From: Gammaproteobacteria bacterium
GTDB lineage: Bacteria; Pseudomonadota; Gammaproteobacteria; Competibacterales; Competibacteraceae
Direction: 5' to 3'
DNA length: 64,000 nt
NCBI GenBank assembly: GCA_024235035.1
Contig: JACKNE010000016.1
Span: 27,403-91,402 of the forward strand
The notes beneath the pieces are model-generated. The model saw only the letters and a list, made by a program, of their open reading frames with translations, was not told the origin of the DNA and did no database searches. Every line of letters begins with the position of its first letter. Positions within the stretch are counted from its first letter, which is position 1. Positions 41,936 through 52,222 of the stretch are shown here, piece after piece. A program made the translations under genes and the position numbers.

Positions 41936-44287
41936 TTATATTTTGTCAACGCGATTGATCCATGCACTGGGTGGCTTCCACCAGGCGATCCACGCAGGAA
42001 TTTGTTCCGCTGGCATGGGCCGGGCGATGCCATAACCTTGAGCAAGGTCGCAACCTAGGTCAAGCAGTCGGCAGCCATGCTCCACGGTTTCTACCCCCTC
42101 GGCGATGACCTCGCGCCGGAAAGCTGCAGACAGCCCGATGATTCCCTCGACAATGGCCTGTGCCTCCGCGTCTACCAGCAGATCGCGCACGAACGACTGG
42201 TCGATCTTCAATAATTGCACCGGCAAGTGCTTGAGATAGGTCAACGAGGAATAACCGGTGCCAAAATCATCGAGCGCAAAACGCACTCCCAGACGTTGAC
42301 AGTCCACGATCAGTTGGGAAACCGTCTGGAGATCGTCCAAAGCCGCTGTTTCTAGGATTTCAAGGAGGATTCTATCCGCCGGTACTGTTGGGTAACTCGC
42401 GAGTAGTGCCTGCAATTGCGTGGCGAAATTCAATTGTTGCAAGTAATCACTGGACAGGTTGACGCTGATCGGTAGCTGTAGACCCTGATTGGACCAGAGT
42501 GTCATCTGCTGCAACACCTCGTTCAACACCCACTGGTCGATGACGACAGCCAGTGTGCTGGTCTCGACCGTAGGCATGAAACGTACAGGTGGCAACAGGC
42601 CTTCTTCAGGGTGCTGCCAACGAATCAAGGCTTCAGCGCCAAATATCGCCCCGTGGCGCATGTCGACCTTGGGTTGGTAATGCAGGCAAAATTCGCCTGC
42701 GGCCAATCCCTGTTCGATTCGTCGCAGGAGTTCGCGGTATTCGCGGGCGCGGCGATTATAATCGGCGTCGAATAGCTGATAGCGGTCACCACCTGCCTGC
42801 TTGGCAACACACATGGCTTGGTCGCTGTGGCGTAGCAAGGTGTCCGGGTCGGCATCGTCATCGGGATATAGAGTAACGCCGAGGCTAGCTTTCAGGGTAA
42901 TCGATTGGCCATTAACGGTGAAAGGGGTTTGTAGGGCTATCTTCAGCCGATCGAGAGCATGCTCACATTCTTCGACATCCTCTAGGTTTCCCAATAGGAG
43001 TACAAACTCATCACCACCCAATCGCGCCACGGTGTCACCGGCGCGCACGCACTCTTTTAAGTGATGGGCCACTTCAATCAGCAACCGATCGCCCTCGGTG
43101 GAGCCTAGCGCATCGTTGATCGGCTTGAAATCATCCAAATCCAGGTAGCATACCGCCAGTCGTTTGTGATCACGCCTGGCTTGGGCCATGGTTTGTTGCA
43201 AGCGATCGGTTAGCAACACCCGGTTGGGCAATTGGGTCAGGGCATCGTGGTAAGTCAGGTGGGCAATATGTTCTTCCGCTCGCTTGCGTTCGGTGATATT
43301 AAGTACTGTGAACGTGATACCTTTATTAAGATCTTCGCCATCCAGCGGGGTCGAGCTTAGGATCACCCAGATAATCTCGCCATCCTTGCGACGCCAACGG
43401 ACTTCGACCGAACCCGTACCCTGTTCCGCGATCTGCCGATATTTCTCATGTCCGACCCATTCATAGTCTTGGTCGTTTAAATAAAGGAGGCGGGTGTTTC
43501 GCCCAAGGAGCTCCTGTCGGCAATAGCCAGTCATTTGGCAGAAACTATCATTTGCTTCAAGAATGACCCGATGACGAATCAGGCCAATACCGACCGGTAC
43601 GGCGCGAAAAATGCTCTTGAGTCTCTCCTCGCTTGTTTGCAGAGTTGCTTTTGTCCGCTGCTGCTCAAGGATACTTTGCGCTAGTTGGAAATTGCAGTAA
43701 CTCAAGGTCGAGAATAGATGGGCGAGTTGGGTATAAAACGACATGGCCGTGTTGACTTTTTCCCGACTCCAGCATGGCACCCGGTCCAGTGCAGCGAGGT
43801 AATCTTCCTCATCAAAATTGTATTGCTGAGCCTGGGTGCGGAAAAACTCCCGATCGGGCGGCTCGTCGTCGAAGAAAAACTGTCCGAGAACCAAATTGCC
43901 CATCGGTCGCCCGTTGATACCAATCGGTGTGGCGACATCATACATATGGTTCTTACAGCGATAGACCTTGAAGGTTCCCGGTACCGTGCCTTGGGAGAGC
44001 ACCGTGTCGCTTTCAAGGCAGTTTCGACAGGTGACTGGGTGAACTCGATGAAACTTCAAGCAGATATCCTGCCAACCGGTGCTGACCAATACTTGCCCAC
44101 GCAGATCGGTGATGCCGACACCGATCTGCGTGAGTTTGAAAAATTCATCCATTAAGATCTGCAGATCCTGAGCGTTGAGGATACTCCCCAGTTCTACTGT
44201 TTCGAAATTACTCTTGAGAAACAAAGCATCGTCCTGCTGTACCATATCTTGAAGCCTTATCGTTTCCGGACCTGGTCTTGGCACCAA
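41936..44287 (-). CDS. PocR-PAS-GGDEF-EAL cyclic-di-GMP signalling protein
   Basis: 783 aa with an N-terminal PocR-like sensory region (GITDLRGQVLV...CLKFHRVHPVTCRNCLESD) and PAS. The GGDEF site reads RLGGDEF and the EAL site reads EILE in place of EAL, with the downstream motifs DDFGTGYSS and KIDQSF present. Confidence 0.85.
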   Translation of the reverse strand: MVPRPGPETIRLQDMVQQDDALFLKSNFETVELGSILNAQDLQILMDEFFKLTQIGVGITDLRGQVLVSTGWQDICLKFHRVHPVTCRNCLESDTVLSQGTVPGTFKVYRCKNHMYDVATPIGINGRPMGNLVLGQFFFDDEPPDREFFRTQAQQYNFDEEDYLAALDRVPCWSREKVNTAMSFYTQLAHLFSTLSYCNFQLAQSILEQQRTKATLQTSEERLKSIFRAVPVGIGLIRHRVILEANDSFCQMTGYCRQELLGRNTRLLYLNDQDYEWVGHEKYRQIAEQGTGSVEVRWRRKDGEIIWVILSSTPLDGEDLNKGITFTVLNITERKRAEEHIAHLTYHDALTQLPNRVLLTDRLQQTMAQARRDHKRLAVCYLDLDDFKPINDALGSTEGDRLLIEVAHHLKECVRAGDTVARLGGDEFVLLLGNLEDVEECEHALDRLKIALQTPFTVNGQSITLKASLGVTLYPDDDADPDTLLRHSDQAMCVAKQAGGDRYQLFDADYNRRAREYRELLRRIEQGLAAGEFCLHYQPKVDMRHGAIFGAEALIRWQHPEEGLLPPVRFMPTVETSTLAVVIDQWVLNEVLQQMTLWSNQGLQLPISVNLSSDYLQQLNFATQLQALLASYPTVPADRILLEILETAALDDLQTVSQLIVDCQRLGVRFALDDFGTGYSSLTYLKHLPVQLLKIDQSFVRDLLVDAEAQAIVEGIIGLSAAFRREVIAEGVETVEHGCRLLDLGCDLAQGYGIARPMPAEQIPAWIAWWKPPSAWINRVDKI

Positions 44288-44486
44288 CTATGCATCTTAT
44301 GAGGACCGGGTGCGGATATTGCCTAGTCAGTATCACATGATATTTGTCTTCATCTGGTTAGGCACTCCGGAAAACCCTGTATTTTTTGGTTAAGAATAGC
44401 CTGGTTGAGATGATGGTCATATTGAGCATGAATTGCCCGTCGAGCGGTATTGACGCGTTTAAGAACCACAGAACCGATGACTGCCT

Positions 44487-46484
44487 CTAACCAGCTTGCC
44501 CGGTGCTGGCCAATGGCAACACAGGCTTCATGCGCTCCCCGAGTGTGGTGGTGGGGTCTTCTTCCAGGCCGAGCAGATGCCGATAGACCGCTGCGTATTC
44601 CATGACCCGCTGTACGTAGGCCCGAGTTTCCCGGTAGGGGATAGTTTCCGCCCAGATATCGGCGGGTATCGGATGGCCACCGGTGGGTAACCATTGCGCC
44701 ACCTTGTTGGGGCCAGCGTTATAGGCGGCAGTGGCCAGCACTGGGTTGTCCTGCAATCGTTCCAACATCCGCCGCAGGTAGTGGGTGCCGTAACGGATAT
44801 TGGTCTCCGGTTGGCGCAGGTCGGGGATATCGACGGTGTCCTGCAGGTCTCGGGCGATTTGCCGTCCGGTCGCAGGCATCATCTGCATCAATCCCAGCGC
44901 CCCAACTGGGGAGCGAGCGTCGGCTTGGAAAGCGCTCTCCTGACGGATGATCGCATAAATCCAAGCCGGGTCCAGCGCATCAGTGCGAGCGTTCGCTATC
45001 ACATCGTCACGGTAAGCCAGTGGAAAACGCAGTTTCAAATCATCCCAATATTCGGCTCGGGCAATGGTGATGATGGCCTGGTGATGCCACTCCCAACGGT
45101 GGGCCAGCTGCGCCGCCTGCTTGAGCGCCGCCGGATCAAACCCTTGGGTAGCCTGTCGCCATTCGACATCGGCTTCCCACTGGCGACCCAGGATGTACAG
45201 CTCCCGCGCCCGTTGTAGACCGGGGGAACCCGCCAATAATGCATCTAATTCTGTTGGCGAAACGGCCAGTGGAGAGTCAGCGATCGTGTAGGGAATATTG
45301 AGTTGGCTGGCTGCCAGGAAGCCGTAATAATCCCGCTGGTTGGCAATGCGCCGATAGATGGGTTGGACGAGTTCGGTCTGGCCGAGCGACTCCAGTGCTC
45401 GACCCCGCCAGTATTGCCAGCGTGGACTGTTCTGTTCTGCAGGGGGCAATTGATCGAGCCAGTGCAGGGTCGCTGGCCAGTCGTTTTGTTGTAAGCAGAC
45501 CCGAATTCGCCATTCCCGCACATCTTGATCGACCACTGTCTCCGGCAAGGCGGCTAAACGCGCCAGTGCGGTTGGGTGGTAATCACTGGCGATCCACAGG
45601 GCCAGTTGCCGTTCCTCGATGGCCAGCTGCGGAGCTAGCGACGGGTCGCTGGCTTTGAGCGCATCGAGCGCCGCGAACGCCGCCAGCGCATCGCGCCGCC
45701 GCCAGCGATTCAGACCATCGGCCAGAATTGCTGGAACACGCGGATCGCCGGCTTTGAATCGGGTAGGGTCGAGAATCAGGGTCGGATCATCGGCAACCGC
45801 CAGCCAGGCGTTTGCCAATTCTCGGTCGGTGGTTGACATATCCATCTGTAGAAACCGCGCGAGCCCAATCTCCCCCGCCGTCATCGCTAGCGCGAAGCGT
45901 TGCCAACGGAGTTCAGGCGCGGGCTGGCCTTCGCTTTGCCAGACCGCGATCACGGGGTCGCAGGCATTGGGCAGTGAACGTCCGCGCAACCAGAGCGTGG
46001 CGAAATCCTGCAAGGCAGCTTTACTGTGGTCGGTGTTCAGCAAGGCTTGTCGCCGCCAGCATTCGAAAGTCGGATCATGGCCAGGAATGGCATCGTGCAA
46101 GTAATCATCCCAGCGGCGGGCGCTGGCGAGTTGGCGCAACCAAGCGTTGCGCAAACGAATGGCCAGTGGCGTATCGGGATAGGTTTGCAGGAAATCCCGA
46201 ACTTCGACCGTGGGGAATTCCGTCAGCCGGCGGGAGAGGGATTGATAGTATAGGTAGGGGTACAGCGGATAGTCGCGCAGTGCCGCGTTGTCCACCGGCG
46301 CGCCTGCTTGCAGCGATTGTTCGGCAATTTGAAAAGCTTCCCGCTGTATCCGCCAAGAGTCCGTGGCGCTGACATCGCCCCCGAGTCCGATAGCCAGAGT
46401 GATGACGAGCAGAAAAAGTATGAAAATCCCTCTCCCATCAGCGAGAGAGGGACAGGAGCGAGCGTCATTCTTCAAGCACTGCAC
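44487..46484 (-). CDS. slt: soluble lytic murein transglycosylase (Slt70-like)
   Basis: 665 aa with a long superhelical N-domain and a C-terminal SLT catalytic region (IIRQESAFQADARSPVGALGLMQMMPAT...AAYNAGP). Confidence 0.9.
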   Translation of the reverse strand: MQCLKNDARSCPSLADGRGIFILFLLVITLAIGLGGDVSATDSWRIQREAFQIAEQSLQAGAPVDNAALRDYPLYPYLYYQSLSRRLTEFPTVEVRDFLQTYPDTPLAIRLRNAWLRQLASARRWDDYLHDAIPGHDPTFECWRRQALLNTDHSKAALQDFATLWLRGRSLPNACDPVIAVWQSEGQPAPELRWQRFALAMTAGEIGLARFLQMDMSTTDRELANAWLAVADDPTLILDPTRFKAGDPRVPAILADGLNRWRRRDALAAFAALDALKASDPSLAPQLAIEERQLALWIASDYHPTALARLAALPETVVDQDVREWRIRVCLQQNDWPATLHWLDQLPPAEQNSPRWQYWRGRALESLGQTELVQPIYRRIANQRDYYGFLAASQLNIPYTIADSPLAVSPTELDALLAGSPGLQRARELYILGRQWEADVEWRQATQGFDPAALKQAAQLAHRWEWHHQAIITIARAEYWDDLKLRFPLAYRDDVIANARTDALDPAWIYAIIRQESAFQADARSPVGALGLMQMMPATGRQIARDLQDTVDIPDLRQPETNIRYGTHYLRRMLERLQDNPVLATAAYNAGPNKVAQWLPTGGHPIPADIWAETIPYRETRAYVQRVMEYAAVYRHLLGLEEDPTTTLGERMKPVLPLASTGQAG

Positions 46485-46495
46485 TCACGACTTTA

Positions 46496-49180
46496 TCAGG
46501 TTTCCAACCGCACCGGGTTGCCGAACCACTGGTTCCGGGCGATCTTGCGCACGAGATCGACTGGAATGATCACGATGGCCAGCAGCAGCACATAAACCCA
46601 TTCCTGTATCGATAAACCGACGGTGCGCAGGATTTCGCCACCATAGGTAATGAAGAAAATCTGAATAGCCATGATCGAGGGGATGATGATGGAGAACAGG
46701 CGGTTATCGAACAAGTGTTCGAACAAATTCAGCCCTTGGGTACGGGCATTGAAGGTGTTGAAAACCTGAATGAATACAAAGAAGGCAAAGAAGGCCGTCA
46801 GGAACTTGTCCTGCGCCGCTTTGGAACCGATTTCGTGCCCACCGGAGAACAGAGTCCGAGTTACATCGCTGGTCAGGAATAAGATGCTGATGAAAGCGAT
46901 GATCCCGCCATTGATCAAAATCGACGACCACATATCGGTGTTGATCAGTTGTTCGTCGCGCCGCATCGGCTTCTCCAGCATGTAGCGTTCCAGCGCGGCC
47001 TCGCCAGCGAAAGCCAGCCCAGCTAGGGTGTCCATGATGATATTCAACCACAGCAATTGGGTCATGGTCAGCGGCAGGTCGAAGCCGAAGAACTGGCCCA
47101 GGAACACCACCAGGATAGCGGAGACGTTCACCGTCAACTGGAAGATCAGGAACTTGCGGATCGACTTGAACAGAGTGCGCCCATACAGCACCGCCTTGGT
47201 CAACGAGGAAAAGTTATCATCGAGAATGACGATGTCGCCGGATTCCTTGGTCATCTCGGTACCGCTGCCCATGGCGAAGCCGACATCGGCGTTTTTCACC
47301 GCTGGCGCATCGTTGACGCCGTCACCGGTCATACCGGCCACCAAGTCCAGTTCCTTGGCCAGTTTCACCAAACGGCTCTTGTCGGTTGGGAAGGCGCGCG
47401 CCACCACATAGAGATGCGGCAGCTTCTGTTTCACTTCCTGGTCCGATAACTGGGCCAGCTCCGCCGATGTGAGAATGATCGCCTGGGGATCGTCTTCCAG
47501 CAGCCCCACATCCTTGGCGATGGCCTGAGCGGTTTCCTTGGCGTCGCCGGTGATCATGATGACGTGAATGCCTGCGTTCTTGGCGGTTTTCACCGAGGCG
47601 TAAGAGGTTTCGCGCAGTTCGTCGCGCATGCCGAACACGCCAACCAGGGACAGACGAGCTGGCAGCGCTTTGCTGGCATCGATCGGCGTTTCGGTCACCG
47701 CCACCGCCAGCAGGCGCATGGCCCGTGAGGACAACTCACGCATGGCTGCTTCCAGGGTGCTCCGGTCGCCGAGTTCGACGGTTTGACCCTCCGTGTCCAG
47801 ATAGTGGGTGCAATGGCGCAGAATCACCTCGGGAGCGCCCTTGACCAGGGTCAGCGCCCGGTCGCCCGCCACCTGGGTCGCGGAAAACTTGCGGCTGCTG
47901 TTGAAGGGGATGACATCGACGATATCCACGTTACCGCTCTGGGTCAGATACGGTGTGACGAATCGCAGCAGAGCCTGTTCGGTGCGGTCAGCGCCGACCA
48001 TCTTGATATCATTCGGATTGCTGGTGTCAATGACCGCACTAGTATTGTTACGCAGGGCGAATCCTGCAGTATCGCGCAAGGGCTGCGGAATATCGTCCAA
48101 TTTTTCGTGCCGCGCCCCGGTCCCCGTGAGGAAGGCGCTGACGGATAGCCGCCCCTGGGTCAGTGTGCCGGTCTTGTCGGTGAACAAGATGTTCAGGCTG
48201 CCGGCGGTCTCGATGCCCAGTAGCTTACGCACCAGCACCTTGACACTGAGCAATTTCTTCATGTTGATCGCCAGCACCATGGCGATCATCATCGGCAAGC
48301 CCTCTGGCACTGCCACCACCACGACGATGATGGCCAGAATCGCCGCCGTCACGAAATCCTTGATGATGATTCCACCTTCCTGCGCCCAGTAGGCGTCGAA
48401 GCTTTCAGCTTGCAGGAACATGTTGTTGAACATGAAGGCGATGAAGATGAGGGTGGCGCCGATGTAACCGAACGTGGCGATATGGCCACCCAGCACGGTC
48501 AGTTTGTGTTGCAGGGGTGAGAGGCGATCCTCGGCGGACAACAGCTCCTTCATGGTTTGGCCATAACGGGTTTGGTCGCCCACAGCGCTGGCCTGCATCA
48601 CGCATTCACCATCGACCAGCAGGCCCGCGCGAAACAAGCGGTGTTCTTCGGCCTCCGTCGCCGAGTTGGCGCCTTCCGGTAAAGCCGTCTTCTTGACCGG
48701 TTCCGATTCGCCGGTCAACGCCGCTTCGTCTACTTCGGCATGTCCCGCAATCAGCAGGCCATCGGTCGGAATCGTATCGCCTGGTTGCAATAGAAGGTAA
48801 TCGCCAACCACCAGATCATTGATCGAGATTTCAGTCAGATGGCCGTTACGAAACACCTTGACCAGGATCAGCGAAGCTTCTTCCAGCAATTTCTGGAAAG
48901 ATTGCTCGTTGCTATGTTCCGACCAGGTGGCGACGAAGGTGGCGATCACCACGGCGAAGGCGATGCCGACGCTTTCATACCACTCGGCATAACCGAAAAT
49001 CGTCAATAGCACCGTGATCAGCAGGGCGGCGATCAGGATGATGATGATCGGGTCCTTCAGATTACCCAGCAATTTGTCCCAGAAAGTTTCAATCTCCTGG
49101 CTGGCGACGGCGTTGGAGCCGTGCTGGGCGCGGGAAGCATCGACTTCCTGATCAGTGAGTCCTGGATAGGTGAATTTCAT
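46496..49180 (-). CDS. cation-transporting P-type ATPase (Ca2+/PMCA-SERCA-like, type II)
   Basis: 894 aa with the motifs TGES, DKTGTLT, MITGD, GDGVNDAP and about 10 predicted TM helices. Confidence 0.9.
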   Translation of the reverse strand: MKFTYPGLTDQEVDASRAQHGSNAVASQEIETFWDKLLGNLKDPIIIILIAALLITVLLTIFGYAEWYESVGIAFAVVIATFVATWSEHSNEQSFQKLLEEASLILVKVFRNGHLTEISINDLVVGDYLLLQPGDTIPTDGLLIAGHAEVDEAALTGESEPVKKTALPEGANSATEAEEHRLFRAGLLVDGECVMQASAVGDQTRYGQTMKELLSAEDRLSPLQHKLTVLGGHIATFGYIGATLIFIAFMFNNMFLQAESFDAYWAQEGGIIIKDFVTAAILAIIVVVVAVPEGLPMMIAMVLAINMKKLLSVKVLVRKLLGIETAGSLNILFTDKTGTLTQGRLSVSAFLTGTGARHEKLDDIPQPLRDTAGFALRNNTSAVIDTSNPNDIKMVGADRTEQALLRFVTPYLTQSGNVDIVDVIPFNSSRKFSATQVAGDRALTLVKGAPEVILRHCTHYLDTEGQTVELGDRSTLEAAMRELSSRAMRLLAVAVTETPIDASKALPARLSLVGVFGMRDELRETSYASVKTAKNAGIHVIMITGDAKETAQAIAKDVGLLEDDPQAIILTSAELAQLSDQEVKQKLPHLYVVARAFPTDKSRLVKLAKELDLVAGMTGDGVNDAPAVKNADVGFAMGSGTEMTKESGDIVILDDNFSSLTKAVLYGRTLFKSIRKFLIFQLTVNVSAILVVFLGQFFGFDLPLTMTQLLWLNIIMDTLAGLAFAGEAALERYMLEKPMRRDEQLINTDMWSSILINGGIIAFISILFLTSDVTRTLFSGGHEIGSKAAQDKFLTAFFAFFVFIQVFNTFNARTQGLNLFEHLFDNRLFSIIIPSIMAIQIFFITYGGEILRTVGLSIQEWVYVLLLAIVIIPVDLVRKIARNQWFGNPVRLET

Positions 49181-49310
49181 GGCAATTTCTCAACCAAGCA
49201 TGTTGGGGGGAGTCAATAAATGACAGAAGAAACCGGACGGTTAAGACACGATATGTGCCGTAAGGTTTTATCAGTAGGTTGCCAGGTAGCGCGTGGGTTG
49301 AGTTACCAGA

Positions 49311-50243
49311 TCACTTGTCGTTGCCGGCGAGCTGCGCAGAAGAGCGTATTGAATTTCGGCCTCCATTGCTATTGCCGATGATCACTCGATCGCTTGTTGG
49401 AGTCAGATAGGGGCGAGATGTCGCTGTCGAACTGAAGGTGTTGACTTTGACGGGAGTTCGGGCGAAGCGGCCGCTGGTGCGGGGGGTAATGATGGTGACG
49501 CCACTGGAGTTGCCGGGATAACTGCGGTTGAACGCCACAGTATCGCCCTTCGCGCCGGTATGATACAAACCGCCTAATCGGTATTGCTGATAGAAGTTGA
49601 GCACGCGCACCACGTAGGTTTGAGTTTCCTTGTAGGGAGGAATCTGATTGCCATACTTTTGCACCGCGCCCTCGCCAGCATTGTAGGCGGCTACCGCCAA
49701 TTGAGTATCGTTGAACCGGTCAAGCAGCCAACGCAGATAACGGGCGCCGCCATGCATGTTGGCAATGGGGTCATAAGCATTGCCGACCCCAAACCGCTCG
49801 GCGGTGCCCGGCATCAATTGCATGAGGCCCATCGCGCCTTTGGGAGAAACCGCCCAGGGATTGTAAGCGGATTCGGCGCTGATGACCGCATGCATCAAAG
49901 CCGGCTCCAGGCGGTATTGTGCGGCGATCCGGTTGACGTCGGCGCTGAAGCGCTGACGGTTTTGTTCGTTGACTCGGGAGGGCTTGATACGAGCCGCCTT
50001 CTGCGCGTAGTTGCGCAGTGTGACGCCGGGAGCATAGAGGTTGTTCGGAGCGTAACTTGAAGGTTGAGCCGCCTTCTTACTATAGGTCGGGGTGCGCATG
50101 ACCAGTTTGTAGCGTGGATCACTGGGGACGTTGCTTAGGTGCCGCACGCCGTTACTGTCTACAAAGGCATAAATATCCGCCTGAACTGGGCTGGCCAAAG
50201 CGAACGCTAAAGGAATCAGACCGGCCAATAGTCGCCGCTGCAT
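49311..50243 (-). CDS. lytic transglycosylase domain protein with an N-terminal DUF4124-like segment
   Basis: 310 aa with a signal peptide, DIYAFVDSNGVRHLSNVP (DUF4124-like) and an SLT core (VISAESAYNPWAVSPKGAMGLMQLMP...AAYNAGEG). Confidence 0.8.
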   Translation of the reverse strand: MQRRLLAGLIPLAFALASPVQADIYAFVDSNGVRHLSNVPSDPRYKLVMRTPTYSKKAAQPSSYAPNNLYAPGVTLRNYAQKAARIKPSRVNEQNRQRFSADVNRIAAQYRLEPALMHAVISAESAYNPWAVSPKGAMGLMQLMPGTAERFGVGNAYDPIANMHGGARYLRWLLDRFNDTQLAVAAYNAGEGAVQKYGNQIPPYKETQTYVVRVLNFYQQYRLGGLYHTGAKGDTVAFNRSYPGNSSGVTIITPRTSGRFARTPVKVNTFSSTATSRPYLTPTSDRVIIGNSNGGRNSIRSSAQLAGNDK

Positions 50244-50510
50244 TCAGTTTCTCCTTATTCCTGGAATTGGCTGAGTCATGTCTGAGGCGGCGGTCTGGCG
50301 ACCGTTCCAACTCAAGCAGGGAGTCGAGCATCTATCGGTCAACTGCTCTAAGATTAACATTAAACTGGGTTGCCGCAATCGATCCACTCGGTACAAACCC
50401 TTTTAATCTCATGATAATTCCATAATTATATAATATATAAAGATAAAATTTTTCTTCGCTTGTTTTGAGCTATCTGCCCGCCGTCTCCGCCTACGTTAGT
50501 GAGGATTACG

Positions 50511-52058
50511 ATGTTCAGAACCGCTGAACTGCAACATAGATTACCCAAAGAAGAGTACCACCAGCAGGTTTCTCAGTTGCGCGAAGACTTGTTGATGATG
50601 CAGATGGAGTTGCGCAACGCCGACTTTCCCGTCATCGTCGTTTTCGCGGGTGTGGACGGCGCTGGTAAGGGTGAGACCGTCAACAAACTGCACGAGTGGC
50701 TGGATTCGCGCTGGCTGGTCACCCGGGCTTTTGGTGAACCCTCCGATGAGGAACGCGACCGGCCCGAATACTGGCGGTTTTGGCGGGATCTGCCGCCTCG
50801 TGGACGGATCGGCTTGTTCTTGAGTTCCTGGTATTCAATGCCGATTCTCGATCATGTCTACGGGCATATCGATCTGGCGGAATTCGACGAGCGATTGGAG
50901 CGCATCAAGACTTTCGAACAGACGCTAGCCGATGATGGCGCGTTGATCCTGAAATTCTGGATGCATCTGTCCAAGGACGCGCAAAAGGAACGCCTGCGCA
51001 AGCTGGAGAAGAATCCGCTGTTGCACTGGCGGATTTCCAAGCGCGACTGGCAGCATTGGGAACTCTATGAGTCGTTCGTCGTCGCTGCCGAGCGCACGAT
51101 CATGAAGACCAGCACTGGATTGGCGCCATGGAAGATCGTGGAAGGTTACAATGCGCGCTACCGCAGTGTCGCCGTGGCTTCCGTCATGCGTGACGCGATC
51201 CGTTTTCGGCTGGACGAGGCCAAGATAGCGCTGGCCAGCGGCAATGGCGAAGTTGACGCTCATGCGCCGAAGCCAACTTCGGCGGATGTGGATGGACTGC
51301 CCGTGGTCACGATTCTATCGCGCCTGGATATGAGTCAGACCTTGTCCAAGGATGACTATGATATCGGATTGAAACATTATCAGGGCCGACTGAACCAACT
51401 CCAGCGCACCGCCCGTGAGCGCAAGGTTTCGACCATCCTGGTGTTCGAAGGTTGGGATGCCGCCGGCAAGGGCGGCAGCATTCGCCGCATCACGGCTGCG
51501 CTGGATGCCCGCGATTATCAAGTGATCCAGATTGCCGCCCCGACCGATGAGGAAGCTGCTCACAACTATCTATGGCGTTTTTGGCGGCACCTGCCGCGCG
51601 CGGGTCGCGTCACGATCTACGACCGGAGTTGGTATGGGCGGGTGTTGGTGGAACGGATCGAGGGGTTCGCCCGCACCCGTGAATGGCAACGCGCCTATGC
51701 CGAGATCAACGACTTCGAGGCGCAACTGGTGGAACGAGGCATCGTGTTGCTGAAATTCTGGTTGCACATCACCCCGGATGAACAGCTGCGTCGCTTCAAG
51801 GAGCGCGAGCAGATTGCCTACAAAGCCTGGAAGTTGACGGATGAAGATTGGCGCAATCGCGAGCGCTGGGAGGATTACGAATTGGCGGTCAACGACTTGG
51901 TGGAGCGGACCAGCACCCGCCAAGCGCCGTGGACCCTGGTCGAAGCGAACGATAAGCGCCATGCACGCATCCAAGTACTGCGCACGCTGTGCGAACGATT
52001 GGAAGCGGTACTCGGTTTGCCTGAAGACCAACCAAGCGCCGCAAAGAGCAAGAAATAA
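50511..52058 (+). CDS. two-domain PPK2 (polyphosphate:AMP/nucleotide phosphotransferase type)
   Basis: Two tandem PPK2 modules, each with a Walker-A-like motif (FAGVDGAGKG and FEGWDAAGKG) and a lid motif (YWRFWRDLP / LWRFWRHLP). The ATG at 50511 is preceded by GAGGA; the ORF track's GTG at 50499 would overlap that SD. Confidence 0.9.
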   Translation: MFRTAELQHRLPKEEYHQQVSQLREDLLMMQMELRNADFPVIVVFAGVDGAGKGETVNKLHEWLDSRWLVTRAFGEPSDEERDRPEYWRFWRDLPPRGRIGLFLSSWYSMPILDHVYGHIDLAEFDERLERIKTFEQTLADDGALILKFWMHLSKDAQKERLRKLEKNPLLHWRISKRDWQHWELYESFVVAAERTIMKTSTGLAPWKIVEGYNARYRSVAVASVMRDAIRFRLDEAKIALASGNGEVDAHAPKPTSADVDGLPVVTILSRLDMSQTLSKDDYDIGLKHYQGRLNQLQRTARERKVSTILVFEGWDAAGKGGSIRRITAALDARDYQVIQIAAPTDEEAAHNYLWRFWRHLPRAGRVTIYDRSWYGRVLVERIEGFARTREWQRAYAEINDFEAQLVERGIVLLKFWLHITPDEQLRRFKEREQIAYKAWKLTDEDWRNRERWEDYELAVNDLVERTSTRQAPWTLVEANDKRHARIQVLRTLCERLEAVLGLPEDQPSAAKSKK

Positions 52059-52075
52059 AATAGGTTCTTCAATGG

Positions 52076-52190
52076 TTCTTGTGGAATTGATGCTGCAATC
52101 GGTAGGTCGGGCACAGGACGTGCCCGACAGGTGCGTTCTGTCGGGCAACGCGGCGCTTATGCCCGACCTACGGTGTGGGTTCCACAAGAA
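52076..52190. repeat. REP/BIME-like nested palindromic element
   Basis: Outer perfect 11-bp inverted repeat ttcttgtggaa (52076-86) / ttccacaagaa (52180-90). Inner perfect 11-bp inverted repeat gtaggtcgggc (52102-12) / gcccgacctac (52161-71). There are four alternating copies of GTCGGGCA/TGCCCGAC (52106, 52121, 52140, 52160). The same octamer recurs at 35992 and 59173. Confidence 0.7.
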
Positions 52191-52222
52191 TCCTCGAAGA
52201 GCCATAAAATATCGGAGTCAGC

